Source: an uncultured Enterobacteriaceae bacterium
Lineage (GTDB): Bacteria > Desulfobacterota > Binatia > Bin18
Assembly (NCBI GenBank): GCA_964460065.1
Contig: CAYWPF010000147.1
Location: 711 to 64,710, forward strand
Length of the DNA: 64,000 nucleotides
Direction of reading: 5' to 3'
Positions 28,243-38,499 of this stretch are shown one piece after another. The notes below the pieces were generated by a model, which was not told the DNA's origin, searched no databases, and saw only the letters and a program-made list of their open reading frames with translations. Numbering within the stretch: position 1 is the first letter of the stretch; the number at the start of each line of letters is the position of its first letter. Both the position numbers and the translations under genes were made by a program.

Positions 28243-29475
28243 TTAAAAAAAATCTTTGACCCACGTGACAACACGTTCACGCACTCGATTCCAATTTCCC
28301 CCTCCCCGGATCCTTGCCAACGGCCGAAACCCAGAATGTTGCTTCATGTTGCTTAAGACGAGCCCAACGTTTGCAGCGTACGACGGAGCGCTAACCTCGT
28401 CCACTATACCTTCTGTATAACGTGGCATACCACGCCGCGCGGTGAGACGAAAGACACGCTGAGCCAGGTCTGGCATACCTTCGAGTATAGCCCCTCCACC
28501 TGTCAAGACAGCGCCGGCGCCAAGGTTTTCTAGCAGCCCCTCAACTTCGAGTTGCTCTCTCACTAACTCGAAAATCTCTTCTACGCGAGGTTCGATAATT
28601 TCGCTCATTTTACGCCGGGGAATCGGGGCAACCTCCCTATCTCCGATACTGGGCATGTCAATCATTTCTCCCGGGGCAATCAAACTCATTAAAGCACATC
28701 CGAAACGTTGCTTCAGTTTTTCTGCTTCCGCCATAGGGATACCCAGAACAGCCGCCAGGTCATTCGTTATATTATCGCTGCCTACCGGCAGGACGGCCGT
28801 GTGATATACAACTCCGCGATAAAAAGCAGCAACACTTGTGGTGCCCGCCCCAATATCGAGTAGCACTACTCCGAGTTCCTTTTCTTCTGGTGTAAGGACC
28901 GCCTCTGCTGACGCTAGTCCCGCGTAGTGAGCTCCGTTCAAATACAACCCTGCACGCTCGCAACATTTTTGCAGTGCTTCAAGGGCATTTGATGCAACAC
29001 TTACCGCATGGACATTCGTTTCGAGCCTCACCCCGGTGGCCCCTGCAGGCTGATCGCCCCGATCCTGACCATCGACTAGAAACACTTGCGGGAAAACATG
29101 AAGAATCTCACAGTCAGGAGGAAGCGCAATGGCCTGTGCAACCGCAACCGCCTCTTCTACATCGTCGGCTGAAACCTCGCCCGTTTTTATACGGACTACG
29201 CCCTGACTCGAAAGACCCCCCATGTGTCCTCCGGTCACTGCAGCGAAAACATTGTGGATCTCGCAACTAGCTGCGACTTCGGCGTCTTTTACAGCCTTTT
29301 GTAACGATTGGACTACGTTCTCAATGTTAGTAATTAAACCTTTACGAACCCCTTCCGACGGAGCGCTACCAATCCCGAGAATGTTCAAACCTTCCGGTAC
29401 CGGCTCTGCGACCAGCACCGATGTTTTGTACGTCCCTATATCAACGCTAACTAGGAGTGAATCTCCTTTTTCCAT
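28243..29475 (-). CDS. ftsA: Cell division protein FtsA
   Basis: It has actin-like ATPase motifs (VSVDIGTYKTSVLV and LDIGAGTTSVA) and a C-terminal amphipathic helix. Confidence 0.95.
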   Translation of the reverse strand: MEKGDSLLVSVDIGTYKTSVLVAEPVPEGLNILGIGSAPSEGVRKGLITNIENVVQSLQKAVKDAEVAASCEIHNVFAAVTGGHMGGLSSQGVVRIKTGEVSADDVEEAVAVAQAIALPPDCEILHVFPQVFLVDGQDRGDQPAGATGVRLETNVHAVSVASNALEALQKCCERAGLYLNGAHYAGLASAEAVLTPEEKELGVVLLDIGAGTTSVAAFYRGVVYHTAVLPVGSDNITNDLAAVLGIPMAEAEKLKQRFGCALMSLIAPGEMIDMPSIGDREVAPIPRRKMSEIIEPRVEEIFELVREQLEVEGLLENLGAGAVLTGGGAILEGMPDLAQRVFRLTARRGMPRYTEGIVDEVSAPSYAANVGLVLSNMKQHSGFRPLARIRGGGNWNRVRERVVTWVKDFF

Positions 29476-29484
29476 GCCGTCCCC

Positions 29485-30312
29485 CTATAACGTACGGGTT
29501 AAGTCCGCGCCGCTTTCCGCGCCCGCAAGCGACCCAGAAGATTCTACTATTTGATTAGCGAAACGAGCATCTAGTATTACCCCAAGCCCTAAACGTGGCT
29601 TGCCCTGTACAACTTCCTTCAACAAAGAAAACGACGAGGACCTTATAGTGTGTCCAGCACGTACGACGACTCGGTAATCAGCTAAAAAAACAGTGTAGCC
29701 ACGCTGCGCACTCCAGTGAACCTCGGAGATACTTATTCCCGGCTCCCTCATCGAAGCAAGGAACGACCTGGCCATCGCCATAACATTGCGCGCAGTCTGC
29801 GTGGACAACGGGACCCTTTCTAAACCACTGATATACGGAAGATCTCGCGTCCCGGCGAACGGCGCGGCAAAACTTTCGCCGCTTTCATCTAGATAAGTGC
29901 TTGGCACGCGTCGTACGAAAGCGATTGGATTTCGTTCCTGTATTTCGATATGCACTCCACGTGGGTACCTTTTTGATACCGCTGCGGAACGGATCCATGG
30001 ATGCCTTGCTAGACGGCGCTCCAGCTTCTCCGTATTAAGTGCAATCAAATTCGTGCCGGGGCCGATTCCGCCCCACTTCTCCACGGTTTCACGTGTCAAG
30101 CTTCCGCTCGTGGAATAAGAGATTTGCGTGGCGGAAAAATACTCATGACGGCTAGCGTATTCCACCACGATAAACGCTCCTCCGACAAAGCCCGCCAGAA
30201 AAAGCACGGGGAGCAATCCCCAGCGAAAACGCGACCCCTTGCGTCTATGACCTTCGAGACGCACACGCCTGTTTCGTTCGCGTGCCATTAACAAGCCTCT
30301 CACGTCGTTCAC
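29485..30312 (-). CDS. ftsQ: Cell division protein FtsQ (POTRA domain)
   Basis: It has a single N-terminal TM helix and a POTRA-like region. Its position between ddl and ftsA fits, and it overlaps ddl by 4 nt. Confidence 0.85.
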   Translation of the reverse strand: MNDVRGLLMARERNRRVRLEGHRRKGSRFRWGLLPVLFLAGFVGGAFIVVEYASRHEYFSATQISYSTSGSLTRETVEKWGGIGPGTNLIALNTEKLERRLARHPWIRSAAVSKRYPRGVHIEIQERNPIAFVRRVPSTYLDESGESFAAPFAGTRDLPYISGLERVPLSTQTARNVMAMARSFLASMREPGISISEVHWSAQRGYTVFLADYRVVVRAGHTIRSSSFSLLKEVVQGKPRLGLGVILDARFANQIVESSGSLAGAESGADLTRTL

Positions 30313-31304
30313 TCGCAGTCTCCATTTCGCCTAAAGTTCGCGTTCGCAGCCTCGAACAGGATAGACTCGATCAGGTCTTCATAGTTTAGACCTCGGTATA
30401 CCGCAATACGCGGTAAATAACTCAGTTCAGTCAGACCCGGGAGCGAGTTCAGCTCTATAAGATAAATCTGTCCGTCGGGGGCTATGCGCGTATCGACCCT
30501 ACTATAACCACTACAGCCTAATGAACTGTGTGCCCTCCATGCACATTTAAGGGCAAGTGTGTAGGTTTCTTCCGGGACCGGAGCCGGCATCAAAAATTCT
30601 TCCATCCCCGCCGTATACTTTACCTCATATGAATGAAACCCGCCTTTAGCGACCACCTCCATAGCTCCTAGTGGTTCATTCCCAAGGACACCAACCGTCA
30701 CTTCTTTTCCCTCAATATATTCTTCTACCAAACAAGCCCGATCGTATAGCAACGCCTTCTTCACGGCCTCGGTAAGTTGCCCGCGGCGATCCACTATGCT
30801 CACTCCCAAACTCGACCCCTCCGCGACCGGCTTAACCACCACAGGATAAGAAAGATGCGCCAACCCGGGATTGTCTTCATCATCTATTATTTCCCAGCGA
30901 GGAGTTAGGAGATTATGGCTTTGCCAGATACGTTTTGCCATTGGCTTATTCATAGCAAGGGCACTGGCTAAAACGCCAGAACCCGTATAGGGCACCCCCA
31001 GCATTTCAAGTATCCCTTGTACAGAGCCATCTTCTCCATATTTTCCGTGTAAGGCCACAAAAACTATGTCGACATCCTGAATCGCCGAAACCCACGCATT
31101 TCCCCGCTCCACGGGTATAGACACTGCTTCGTAACCCCGTTTCCCAAGGGCCTCGAGGACTGAATGCCCTGTACGCTGAGACACCTCGCGCTCAACAGAG
31201 AACCCGCCATGCAAAACGCCAACCACCTTTGGAATTTTATTTGAATCTACCATTCTCCGACCCGCCGGATTTCCGGCTCCAGCCATATTTTGCGATTCTT
31301 CCAC
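30309..31304 (-). CDS. ddl: D-alanine--D-alanine ligase
   Basis: It has VGVLHGGFSVEREVS, an ATP-grasp region and ELNSLPGLT. The start is uncertain: GTG 31304, ATG 31286 and ATG 31253 all overlap the murB 3' end. Confidence 0.92.
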   Translation of the reverse strand: MEESQNMAGAGNPAGRRMVDSNKIPKVVGVLHGGFSVEREVSQRTGHSVLEALGKRGYEAVSIPVERGNAWVSAIQDVDIVFVALHGKYGEDGSVQGILEMLGVPYTGSGVLASALAMNKPMAKRIWQSHNLLTPRWEIIDDEDNPGLAHLSYPVVVKPVAEGSSLGVSIVDRRGQLTEAVKKALLYDRACLVEEYIEGKEVTVGVLGNEPLGAMEVVAKGGFHSYEVKYTAGMEEFLMPAPVPEETYTLALKCAWRAHSSLGCSGYSRVDTRIAPDGQIYLIELNSLPGLTELSYLPRIAVYRGLNYEDLIESILFEAANANFRRNGDCE

Positions 31305-32185
31305 ACATGATCCTGCATTTCTTTTACGAGGTTCCAGACCTGACTAGCTGTAGCGCCACCGGTGTTCAAGATAAAATTTGCGTGCCGTCCCGACACTTGC
31401 GCCGCGCCTTCGGCGCGTCCTTTCCAGCCCAACGCTTCGATAATTTCTCCGGCATGGGCGCCCGGCGGATTCTTAAAAACGGACCCTGCATTTGGATAGC
31501 CTCTTGGCTGCGCCCGATTTCTCTTTTCCCGGAAGTCTTCAATCCCCAACTTCCCCTCCTCGAGAGGCTTTCGCACAAGGCCAAACTCCGCTTCCGTAAC
31601 AATAAATTGCGCGGGAAGTGCCGTTTTCCGATATTGGAAGCATATCCGGTCACGAGCCAATCGCTTAAAATTTCCTTCGCTCGTTACTCCAGAAATCCCC
31701 ACTATTACTTGGCTCAACTCTCCCCCAAACGCCCCTGCATTCATCAACAAACCGCCGCCGATTGTGCCTGGAATCCCCTCCGCGAACTCAATGCCACCCA
31801 ACCCGCGGCGGAGGGCTTCCCTGACAAAATGACCCAGAGGTCTCCCGGCCCCAACCCGCACATTAGAACAACAGTAATGTTTCACTGCCTCCGGCCACTG
31901 AACATAATTAAAGCCGCGACCCAGTCGAACAACCACACCTCGGACTCCCTTGTCGCTTACCAAGACGTTGGTCCCCCCCCCCATCAACAAAAATGGAACC
32001 TCCTCCCGGAACAAAAGTCGGCACAGGGTTTGCAGCTCCACCACTGTATGGGGTTCAACAAGAATGTCGGCTGGGCCTCCAATACGGAAAGAAGTATACC
32101 GAGCAAGATCAACACCAAAACGTACCCGCCCGGCCAACGTTTCGTTAAGTCGTTCGCCTAGTACACCGAAGCGATCACCCGTCAT
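31247..32185 (-). CDS. murB: UDP-N-acetylenolpyruvoylglucosamine reductase
   Basis: It has FRIGGPADILVEP and the FAD-binding GGGTNVLV. It overlaps murC by 4 nt. Confidence 0.95.
   Translation of the reverse strand: MTGDRFGVLGERLNETLAGRVRFGVDLARYTSFRIGGPADILVEPHTVVELQTLCRLLFREEVPFLLMGGGTNVLVSDKGVRGVVVRLGRGFNYVQWPEAVKHYCCSNVRVGAGRPLGHFVREALRRGLGGIEFAEGIPGTIGGGLLMNAGAFGGELSQVIVGISGVTSEGNFKRLARDRICFQYRKTALPAQFIVTEAEFGLVRKPLEEGKLGIEDFREKRNRAQPRGYPNAGSVFKNPPGAHAGEIIEALGWKGRAEGAAQVSGRHANFILNTGGATASQVWNLVKEMQDHVWKNRKIWLEPEIRRVGEW
31973..31982 (-). repeat. 10-nt homopolymeric G tract (C10 on the plus strand) inside murB
   Basis: I read gtcccccccccc at 31971-31982. It encodes the conserved GGG of the LMGGGTNVLV motif. 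Confidence 0.9.
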
Positions 32186-33720
32186 GGTTCATCTCGCTCT
32201 CGGAGAACTTTGAGCAAGTCTCCGGCTGTAGAGAAAATATCCCCGGCACCCAAGGTCAAAATCATATCGCCAGCTTCAATTAACGGTAGAACGGCAAGTG
32301 CCATGTCTCCACGTTTGGGAACAAAATGTACCTCGGCGTGACCCCGGCGCTTCAAGGCCTCATACAATTTCTCGGCAGAGACGTCCACCGTCGCCTCCTC
32401 GCCGGCACCATATATTTCTGTCAATACCACTATGTCAGCCTCGTCAAATGCCGACAAGAAGGCCTCAAAGAGATCGCGCGTGCGCGAATAACGATGCGGT
32501 TGAAAGAGTGCGACGATTCTACGGTCAAACCCCTCGCGCGCAGCTCGCAACGTTGCTCGTACCTCTTCCGGATGATGCGCATAATCATCAACCACCAACA
32601 CCCCTGCCACTTCTCCCTTTATCTCAAATCGGCGCTCGATACCAGCAAAACTAGCAAGTGCCTTCCGTATTTGATCAAAAGGAATGTTCAATTCAAGTGC
32701 CGCTGCTACCGCCGCCAGCGCATTCTGAGCATAATGGCTCCCCGGAAGCTGCAGTAGTATCTCTCCCAGCCTGTCTCGTCCACGCCATACCTCGCAACGG
32801 GTTTCCAGTTCGGTCACGGTAAGTGCTGTACCACGTATCTCGGCGTCCGGTCCCAAACCGTACGTCACATACCTTTTGCGCACGTGCGGCAACATCGCAC
32901 GGACGTTGATATTGTCCAAGCACAAAATCGCGCGTCCATAGAAGGGAATGCGGTTCACGAATTCAAGATAGGCTACCTGCATTCGGTCCATGCTTCCATA
33001 ATAGTCAAGATGTTCTCGGTCAATATTCGTTACGACCACAATAGTCGGGCTGAGAAGCAGGAACGTTCCATCGCTTTCGTCCGCTTCCGCAACAAGAAAA
33101 CGGCCTTGCCCCAGTCGCGCGTTATATCCGAGTACATTAAGACGACCTCCAATCACTACTGTCGGGTCCAGTTTCGCGTTCGCTAGAACAGCAGCTATCA
33201 GCGAGGTTGTCGTGGTTTTACCGTGCGTTCCTGCAACCGCGAGTCCGTATTTTAGTCGCATCAGCTCGGCGAGCATTTCAGCACGCGGTATCACAGGTAT
33301 CTGCAATTGTCGGGCCCGTAGGACCTCTGGATTGGCGTACTTAACGGCGGACGATATTACCACTACATCGGTCGAGGGGTTTATGTTCTCGGGTCGGTGT
33401 CCATACATTACTTGAGCCCCAATTCGGACCAACCGCCGCGTCGTTTCGCTTTCGCATAAGTCAGAGCCTGAAATCTGGTAGCCCAGATTCAAAAGGACCT
33501 CGGCTATACCACTCATGCCCACGCCCCCGATACCAACAAAATGGATGCCGCGATCGTTGTCAAACAAGACCGGAATTTCGGCGGCCGGTGTAGTAGCGAA
33601 GCCAATTTGCGCAGCTGACCGTGAGCGGGAAGAAACCGATGACTGAATTAATCTTTCTTCTTCCCGATCGGATTCCGCGTGCAAATTTTCGGTAGGCCGG
33701 TTCGATTTCCCTGGCATCAA
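32182..33720 (-). CDS. murC: UDP-N-acetylmuramate--L-alanine ligase with an N-terminal extension of about 55 aa
   Basis: It has IHFVGIGGVGMSGIA and AGTHGKTTTTS. The start is TTG 33720 or ATG 33717, overlapping the murG stop, with AGGAG 5 nt upstream of the ATG. Confidence 0.95.
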   Translation of the reverse strand: MMPGKSNRPTENLHAESDREEERLIQSSVSSRSRSAAQIGFATTPAAEIPVLFDNDRGIHFVGIGGVGMSGIAEVLLNLGYQISGSDLCESETTRRLVRIGAQVMYGHRPENINPSTDVVVISSAVKYANPEVLRARQLQIPVIPRAEMLAELMRLKYGLAVAGTHGKTTTTSLIAAVLANAKLDPTVVIGGRLNVLGYNARLGQGRFLVAEADESDGTFLLLSPTIVVVTNIDREHLDYYGSMDRMQVAYLEFVNRIPFYGRAILCLDNINVRAMLPHVRKRYVTYGLGPDAEIRGTALTVTELETRCEVWRGRDRLGEILLQLPGSHYAQNALAAVAAALELNIPFDQIRKALASFAGIERRFEIKGEVAGVLVVDDYAHHPEEVRATLRAAREGFDRRIVALFQPHRYSRTRDLFEAFLSAFDEADIVVLTEIYGAGEEATVDVSAEKLYEALKRRGHAEVHFVPKRGDMALAVLPLIEAGDMILTLGAGDIFSTAGDLLKVLRERDEP

Positions 33721-34850
33721 TTCTCCTGTTCGACCGACGACCGCTCACTGAATTGCGCCAAGCAAGTATCAACCACAGCGACCGTCGCGTCCGGCCTGGC
33801 GAGTTTGCCTGCCGCTCTGGCCATTTTATCTATTACACGCCTCTCAAGTAGGATCTCACGCAAAACATGCGAGAGCCGCTCGGAGGTCAGGTGTTCATCT
33901 AAAACCATGATCGCCGCTCCTGCACGGACCATCATTTCTGCGTTAGCCTGCTGATGATTGTCAGCAGCATACGGGTAGGGGACTAGGATAGCAGGCTTTT
34001 TCAAAAGCGCGAGTTCTGCCAGCGTAATAGCTCCAGCTCGACAAATTACCAGGTCGGCCTCCGCGTAAGCCTGACCCATAGAATTGATGAACGGAACAAC
34101 ACGAGCAGATATTCGACTTGATTCATAATCCGCCTTTACCGCCTCATAATCGCGCTCACCGGTTTGGTGTATAACTCTTATCTGCGGCTTGTTCGTTCGC
34201 GCACGACCACGTAGCGCATCATTGAACTCCCCCACGGCTGCGGGGGTCACTGAGTTGATGCGACTGGCTCCGGCGCTTCCGCCAAACACGAGCAGTGTAA
34301 ACAGAGGAGGATCCGAAACTTCGTTGAGCTGCGTTTGTAGCGACCCACGAACAGGATTCCCCGTGTACACGACCTTCCTATCCGAAAAAAAACGCGCAGC
34401 TTCCTCGAAACCTGTACACACGCGGCGGGCGAATATGGACAACATGCGATTCGCTAAGCCAGCAATTGCATTCGGTTCAAGTAGAACGCACGGTATTCCA
34501 TGAAGCCATCCAGCCACAACTGTCGGTCCCGATGCATACCCACCGATGCTAAATATTACGTCAGGACGAAAATCACGGATGGCCCGGAAGGCCGCTACGA
34601 TCCCATAGCAGGTCACTCCTATGGAACGAATTTTTCCCCATCGGGTCCTGCCGCGAAACTGTTCGGCCGGGACTAACCGAAGTGAAAATCCCAACCGAGG
34701 GACAATATTTTTTTCCATACCGCCCTTAGTACCAAGGAAAAGAACGGAAGCCCCTAAGTTGCGCTGCATGTATTCGGCAACTGCCACGCCGGGAAACAAA
34801 TGACCACCCGTTCCGCCGGCTGCCAACAGGATTCTTACCGGCCTACGCAT
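33717..34850 (-). CDS. murG: UDP-N-acetylglucosamine--N-acetylmuramyl-(pentapeptide) pyrophosphoryl-undecaprenol GlcNAc transferase
   Basis: It has the motif AAGGTGGHLFPGVAVAE and a GT28 architecture. Confidence 0.95.
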   Translation of the reverse strand: MRRPVRILLAAGGTGGHLFPGVAVAEYMQRNLGASVLFLGTKGGMEKNIVPRLGFSLRLVPAEQFRGRTRWGKIRSIGVTCYGIVAAFRAIRDFRPDVIFSIGGYASGPTVVAGWLHGIPCVLLEPNAIAGLANRMLSIFARRVCTGFEEAARFFSDRKVVYTGNPVRGSLQTQLNEVSDPPLFTLLVFGGSAGASRINSVTPAAVGEFNDALRGRARTNKPQIRVIHQTGERDYEAVKADYESSRISARVVPFINSMGQAYAEADLVICRAGAITLAELALLKKPAILVPYPYAADNHQQANAEMMVRAGAAIMVLDEHLTSERLSHVLREILLERRVIDKMARAAGKLARPDATVAVVDTCLAQFSERSSVEQEN

Positions 34851-36009
34851 CCACCATGTTCCTTCGATGTACCTCTCGGGAAAGGCCCAGCAACAGACCG
34901 ATGTAGATCAGGAACATCACCATGGCTGAGCCACCATAACTAACAAAGGGCATAGGGAGTCCGGTCGTAGGTAGTAATCCTACAGCGACCGCCATATTGA
35001 GGCCAGCTTGGCCCACGATGAGAAAGGTCACTCCAAATGCTAACAAACGACCAAATAAAGTCGGATGACGCACCGCGATAGAAACCCCTCTCAATCCTAG
35101 CAAACCGAAGAGACAAACAATTGCGGTCGTTCCCCACAATCCAGTTTCCTCTCCAACTACGGCGAAGACAAAATCGGTGTGCGCTTCCGGCAAGTAGAAC
35201 ATTTTCTGCCTACTTTCACCAAGGCCTACCCCGTTCACGCCTCCTGCTCCGAAAGCGAGCAACGACTGATGCAATTGGTACCCCGCTCCCCGAAGGTCGG
35301 AAGATTGATTAAGAAAAGCAAAGAACCGTTCGGCTCGGTACCCGGCGCTAAATATACCCAGGGCCAGACAGGAGAGACCAAGCCCAGATAGCAAGGCGAG
35401 ATGACGAAAGCGGGCGCCTGCGGCAAAGATCAACGCCGCAAATAACAGACAAACAAACACGGCCCCGCCCATATCCGGCTCAAGTCCAATGAGGACCGCG
35501 ACGCTCCCTACTACTAATAAGGGTGGCAGCAAGCCATCGGCGAAACTATCGATCCGCCCCGCCTTTTTTGTTAAGGCAGAAGCACCATATAAAACTACAG
35601 CACCCTTCGCCAACTCCGACGGTTGGAAATTAAAACTCCCGAAGGATATCCATCGCTGAACTCGGCCAGGTCCGACGTCATACAACAGTACAAGTAATAG
35701 GCTACCCACGGCCACCGAGAGTATCGGATACGCTAACCTCCGATACACTGCTGACGGCAAAGTGCCCACGATAAACGATCCGATAATGCCCAGAGCCAGG
35801 GCAATGTTGTGTTTCCACACAAAGACATACGGATCATCATAGCGGTCAAACGAGTAGAAATAAGTTGTGTTGAAAACCAATATCTCACCGCTCAGGACAA
35901 GTAACAACACAATACCTACCAACCAAGAGTCGACCGGACCGGATCGGGTCAGCGAGCCAGCACTGCTATCCTTGAATTTTTCTCCAAATACTTTTGCCCA
36001 ATCATTCAT
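34843..36009 (-). CDS. ftsW: SEDS-family peptidoglycan glycosyltransferase FtsW
   Basis: It is a polytopic membrane protein with a SEDS-like C-terminal region (PTTGLPMPFVSYGGSAM). Its position between murD and murG fits. Confidence 0.9.
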   Translation of the reverse strand: MNDWAKVFGEKFKDSSAGSLTRSGPVDSWLVGIVLLLVLSGEILVFNTTYFYSFDRYDDPYVFVWKHNIALALGIIGSFIVGTLPSAVYRRLAYPILSVAVGSLLLVLLYDVGPGRVQRWISFGSFNFQPSELAKGAVVLYGASALTKKAGRIDSFADGLLPPLLVVGSVAVLIGLEPDMGGAVFVCLLFAALIFAAGARFRHLALLSGLGLSCLALGIFSAGYRAERFFAFLNQSSDLRGAGYQLHQSLLAFGAGGVNGVGLGESRQKMFYLPEAHTDFVFAVVGEETGLWGTTAIVCLFGLLGLRGVSIAVRHPTLFGRLLAFGVTFLIVGQAGLNMAVAVGLLPTTGLPMPFVSYGGSAMVMFLIYIGLLLGLSREVHRRNMVDA

Positions 36010-37349
36010 AGCGCTTCCACGTAACGACGGAACGCATTCCCGCGCTCTGCAAAGCCAGTGAATTCGTCAAAACTGGCACAGGCCGGAGCTAACAAAACAG
36101 TATCCCCCGCCTGCGCCTCACAAACAGCCGCACGCAATGCCTCCTCAAGGCCTACCGCCAGAATAGTTTCGGCTGTGCTACCCAGACTGGCGTTTAAAGA
36201 ATTCCGTGCCTCTCCGAACAGTATCAACTTTTTAACTTTGTCCCGGGTCGAGTCCAGTAGCCTGTCATACTGCCCTCCTTTCTCTGCACCCCCTGCAAGG
36301 AGTATGACAGGCCCAGTGAAGCTTCGGAGAGAATTGATTACCGCGTCCACGTTGGTTGCCTTCGAATCATTAACGTACGTTACGCCCGACCTTTTTCTGA
36401 CAGTTTCCAAACGGTGTGGCAAACCGACGAACTCCTGCAGCGCCTCTTTAATTATACTCGCGTGAATACCCCATACGGTAGCCGCACACACTGCAGCCAT
36501 GATGTTCTCTGTGTTGTGTCGCCCACGAAGCGAAACACTTGCAACCGGGTAACACTGGGTTCGGCCACGGTGGAGCATGTGAAGTTGTCCCGCATTGGCC
36601 CAGGAGGCACTGTCAAACGACGCGGACAGTTCGTCCCACCCAAAGGAACACTTCACGCCTTTCAGCTCCGTTACCAGTTCACAGACAACGGGGTCTTCCC
36701 TATTAAAGATTATCCAGTCACTCTGGCCTTGTTTAAGAAACAACCGTCTCTTCGTAGCGCCATAGCGGTACATGTCTCCGTGTCTGTCTAAGTGGTCTTC
36801 ACTTAGGTTAAGGAAGATGCCTATCCGTGGTCTAAAGTGTTCAACCCACTCGAGCTGAAAACTTGATATTTCAGCGATCACTACATCGTAGTCCTTGTCA
36901 GCAGCTTCAATAAGCGGTGTACCGTAATTGCCTCCAATAAAAATCTCGTAGCCCGCCCGTTCAAACATATCTCCTATGAGTTTCGTAGTCGTACTCTTCC
37001 CATTGGTTCCCGTAACCGCCACGATGGGGCACCCTATACTCCAGTATGCGCACTCGATTTCACTAACAACCTGCAGCCCTCGTTCTACCGCCTGCAGCAA
37101 CACTGGATGGCTAGCAGGAACTCCCGGGCTTGGTACTACAATCTCTATTTTATCTAAAAGGACATCAGGATTATCCACATGACAAAGTTCGATGGAGTCG
37201 TGGGAGGATTGAAATTCTTCCAAACGACCGACGTCTTCGGAACTGTCGACAACACGAACACTCCCGCCGCGCGATGCAATAAACTTAGCCACACTTTGAC
37301 CCGTGAGGCCAAGACCCAGAACCAGCACATTCCCTGCAAAGAGATCCAT
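36006..37349 (-). CDS. murD: UDP-N-acetylmuramoylalanine--D-glutamate ligase
   Basis: It has VLGLGLTGQSVAKF and VTGTNGKSTTT. Confidence 0.95.
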   Translation of the reverse strand: MDLFAGNVLVLGLGLTGQSVAKFIASRGGSVRVVDSSEDVGRLEEFQSSHDSIELCHVDNPDVLLDKIEIVVPSPGVPASHPVLLQAVERGLQVVSEIECAYWSIGCPIVAVTGTNGKSTTTKLIGDMFERAGYEIFIGGNYGTPLIEAADKDYDVVIAEISSFQLEWVEHFRPRIGIFLNLSEDHLDRHGDMYRYGATKRRLFLKQGQSDWIIFNREDPVVCELVTELKGVKCSFGWDELSASFDSASWANAGQLHMLHRGRTQCYPVASVSLRGRHNTENIMAAVCAATVWGIHASIIKEALQEFVGLPHRLETVRKRSGVTYVNDSKATNVDAVINSLRSFTGPVILLAGGAEKGGQYDRLLDSTRDKVKKLILFGEARNSLNASLGSTAETILAVGLEEALRAAVCEAQAGDTVLLAPACASFDEFTGFAERGNAFRRYVEAL

Positions 37350-37359
37350 AACGCTGTTG

Positions 37360-38469
37360 TTAACGTAGCTTGAGCGTGCTTAAGGCCGCTAACGCGCATA
37401 TAATCGAGATAATCCAGAAGCGTATAACAATTTGAGTCTCAGCCCATCCAAGCAACTCAAAATGGTGATGCAAAGGAGCCATTCTAAATATACGCTTGCG
37501 CCGTAGCTTGTAAGAACCAACCTGAAAGATAACGGAGACCGCCTCAATGACAAAGACCCCTCCAACAATAGCCAACACAATTTCCTGTTTACTAATTAAA
37601 GCTACTATGCCCAACGCGGCTCCCATGGAAAGTGAGCCGACGTCACCCATGAACATCTGCGCAGGATGGGCGTTAAACCAAAGAAATCCAAGGCCGGCGG
37701 CGCCCAACGCCCCACAGAACACCGCTACCTCACCAGCGCCGGCTACATAGGGTACCTGCAGGTATTCGGCTATCCGGCTATGCCCACTTACATACGTAAA
37801 TATAGCGTATGTAACACACGCGATCATCACAGGCCCTATAGCCAGACCATCCAATCCATCCGTCAAATTCACGGCATTAGAAGCCCCGACAATTACTAAA
37901 GTGGCAAAGGGCAAATACCACCACCCGAGTTCGGGGCGTACCTCTTTAAAAAAAGGGACCGTCAGTACGGTATCGAAACCCTGCTGACTAAAGAGCCACC
38001 AAGCCGCCGCCATTGCTACCACGCATTGGCAAGTAAGTTTGGACTTACCTGACATGCCCACAGAATCGCCACGTGTTAACTTCTTGAAATCATCCGTAAA
38101 CCCTATGAGACCAAAAGCAATAGTGACTGCAAGCACCAACCAAATATACGGATTCCTCAGATCCGCTAACAAAACGGTCGCTAAAGTCACCGAGAAAAGA
38201 ATCAGTGCTCCTCCCATCGTCGGCGTTCCCGCTTTGCTCAGGTGTGCGGCCGGACCGTCCGACCGGATTGGCTGACCCGCTTTAAGAGCGGTCAATCTCG
38301 CGATTAGCCACGGACCCAAAAAAAAAGAGACAGTTAGGGCCAATAGACCGGCTAGAAGTGTCCGAAAAGTAATGTATCGGAATACGTTAAAAACGGAATA
38401 GGTCGTGTGCAGACCGTATAAAAATGCGTACAGCATTACGTGTACCTTTCCTCTAGGATCGTTGTTCAA
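37360..38469 (-). CDS. mraY: Phospho-N-acetylmuramoyl-pentapeptide transferase
   Basis: It has KAGTPTMGG and [13 protein letters not shown]. Confidence 0.95.
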   Translation of the reverse strand: MNNDPRGKVHVMLYAFLYGLHTTYSVFNVFRYITFRTLLAGLLALTVSFFLGPWLIARLTALKAGQPIRSDGPAAHLSKAGTPTMGGALILFSVTLATVLLADLRNPYIWLVLAVTIAFGLIGFTDDFKKLTRGDSVGMSGKSKLTCQCVVAMAAAWWLFSQQGFDTVLTVPFFKEVRPELGWWYLPFATLVIVGASNAVNLTDGLDGLAIGPVMIACVTYAIFTYVSGHSRIAEYLQVPYVAGAGEVAVFCGALGAAGLGFLWFNAHPAQMFMGDVGSLSMGAALGIVALISKQEIVLAIVGGVFVIEAVSVIFQVGSYKLRRKRIFRMAPLHHHFELLGWAETQIVIRFWIISIICALAALSTLKLR

Positions 38470-38499
38470 CAGCAGGGCTAACAGTCTCGTCTGCCCTCG

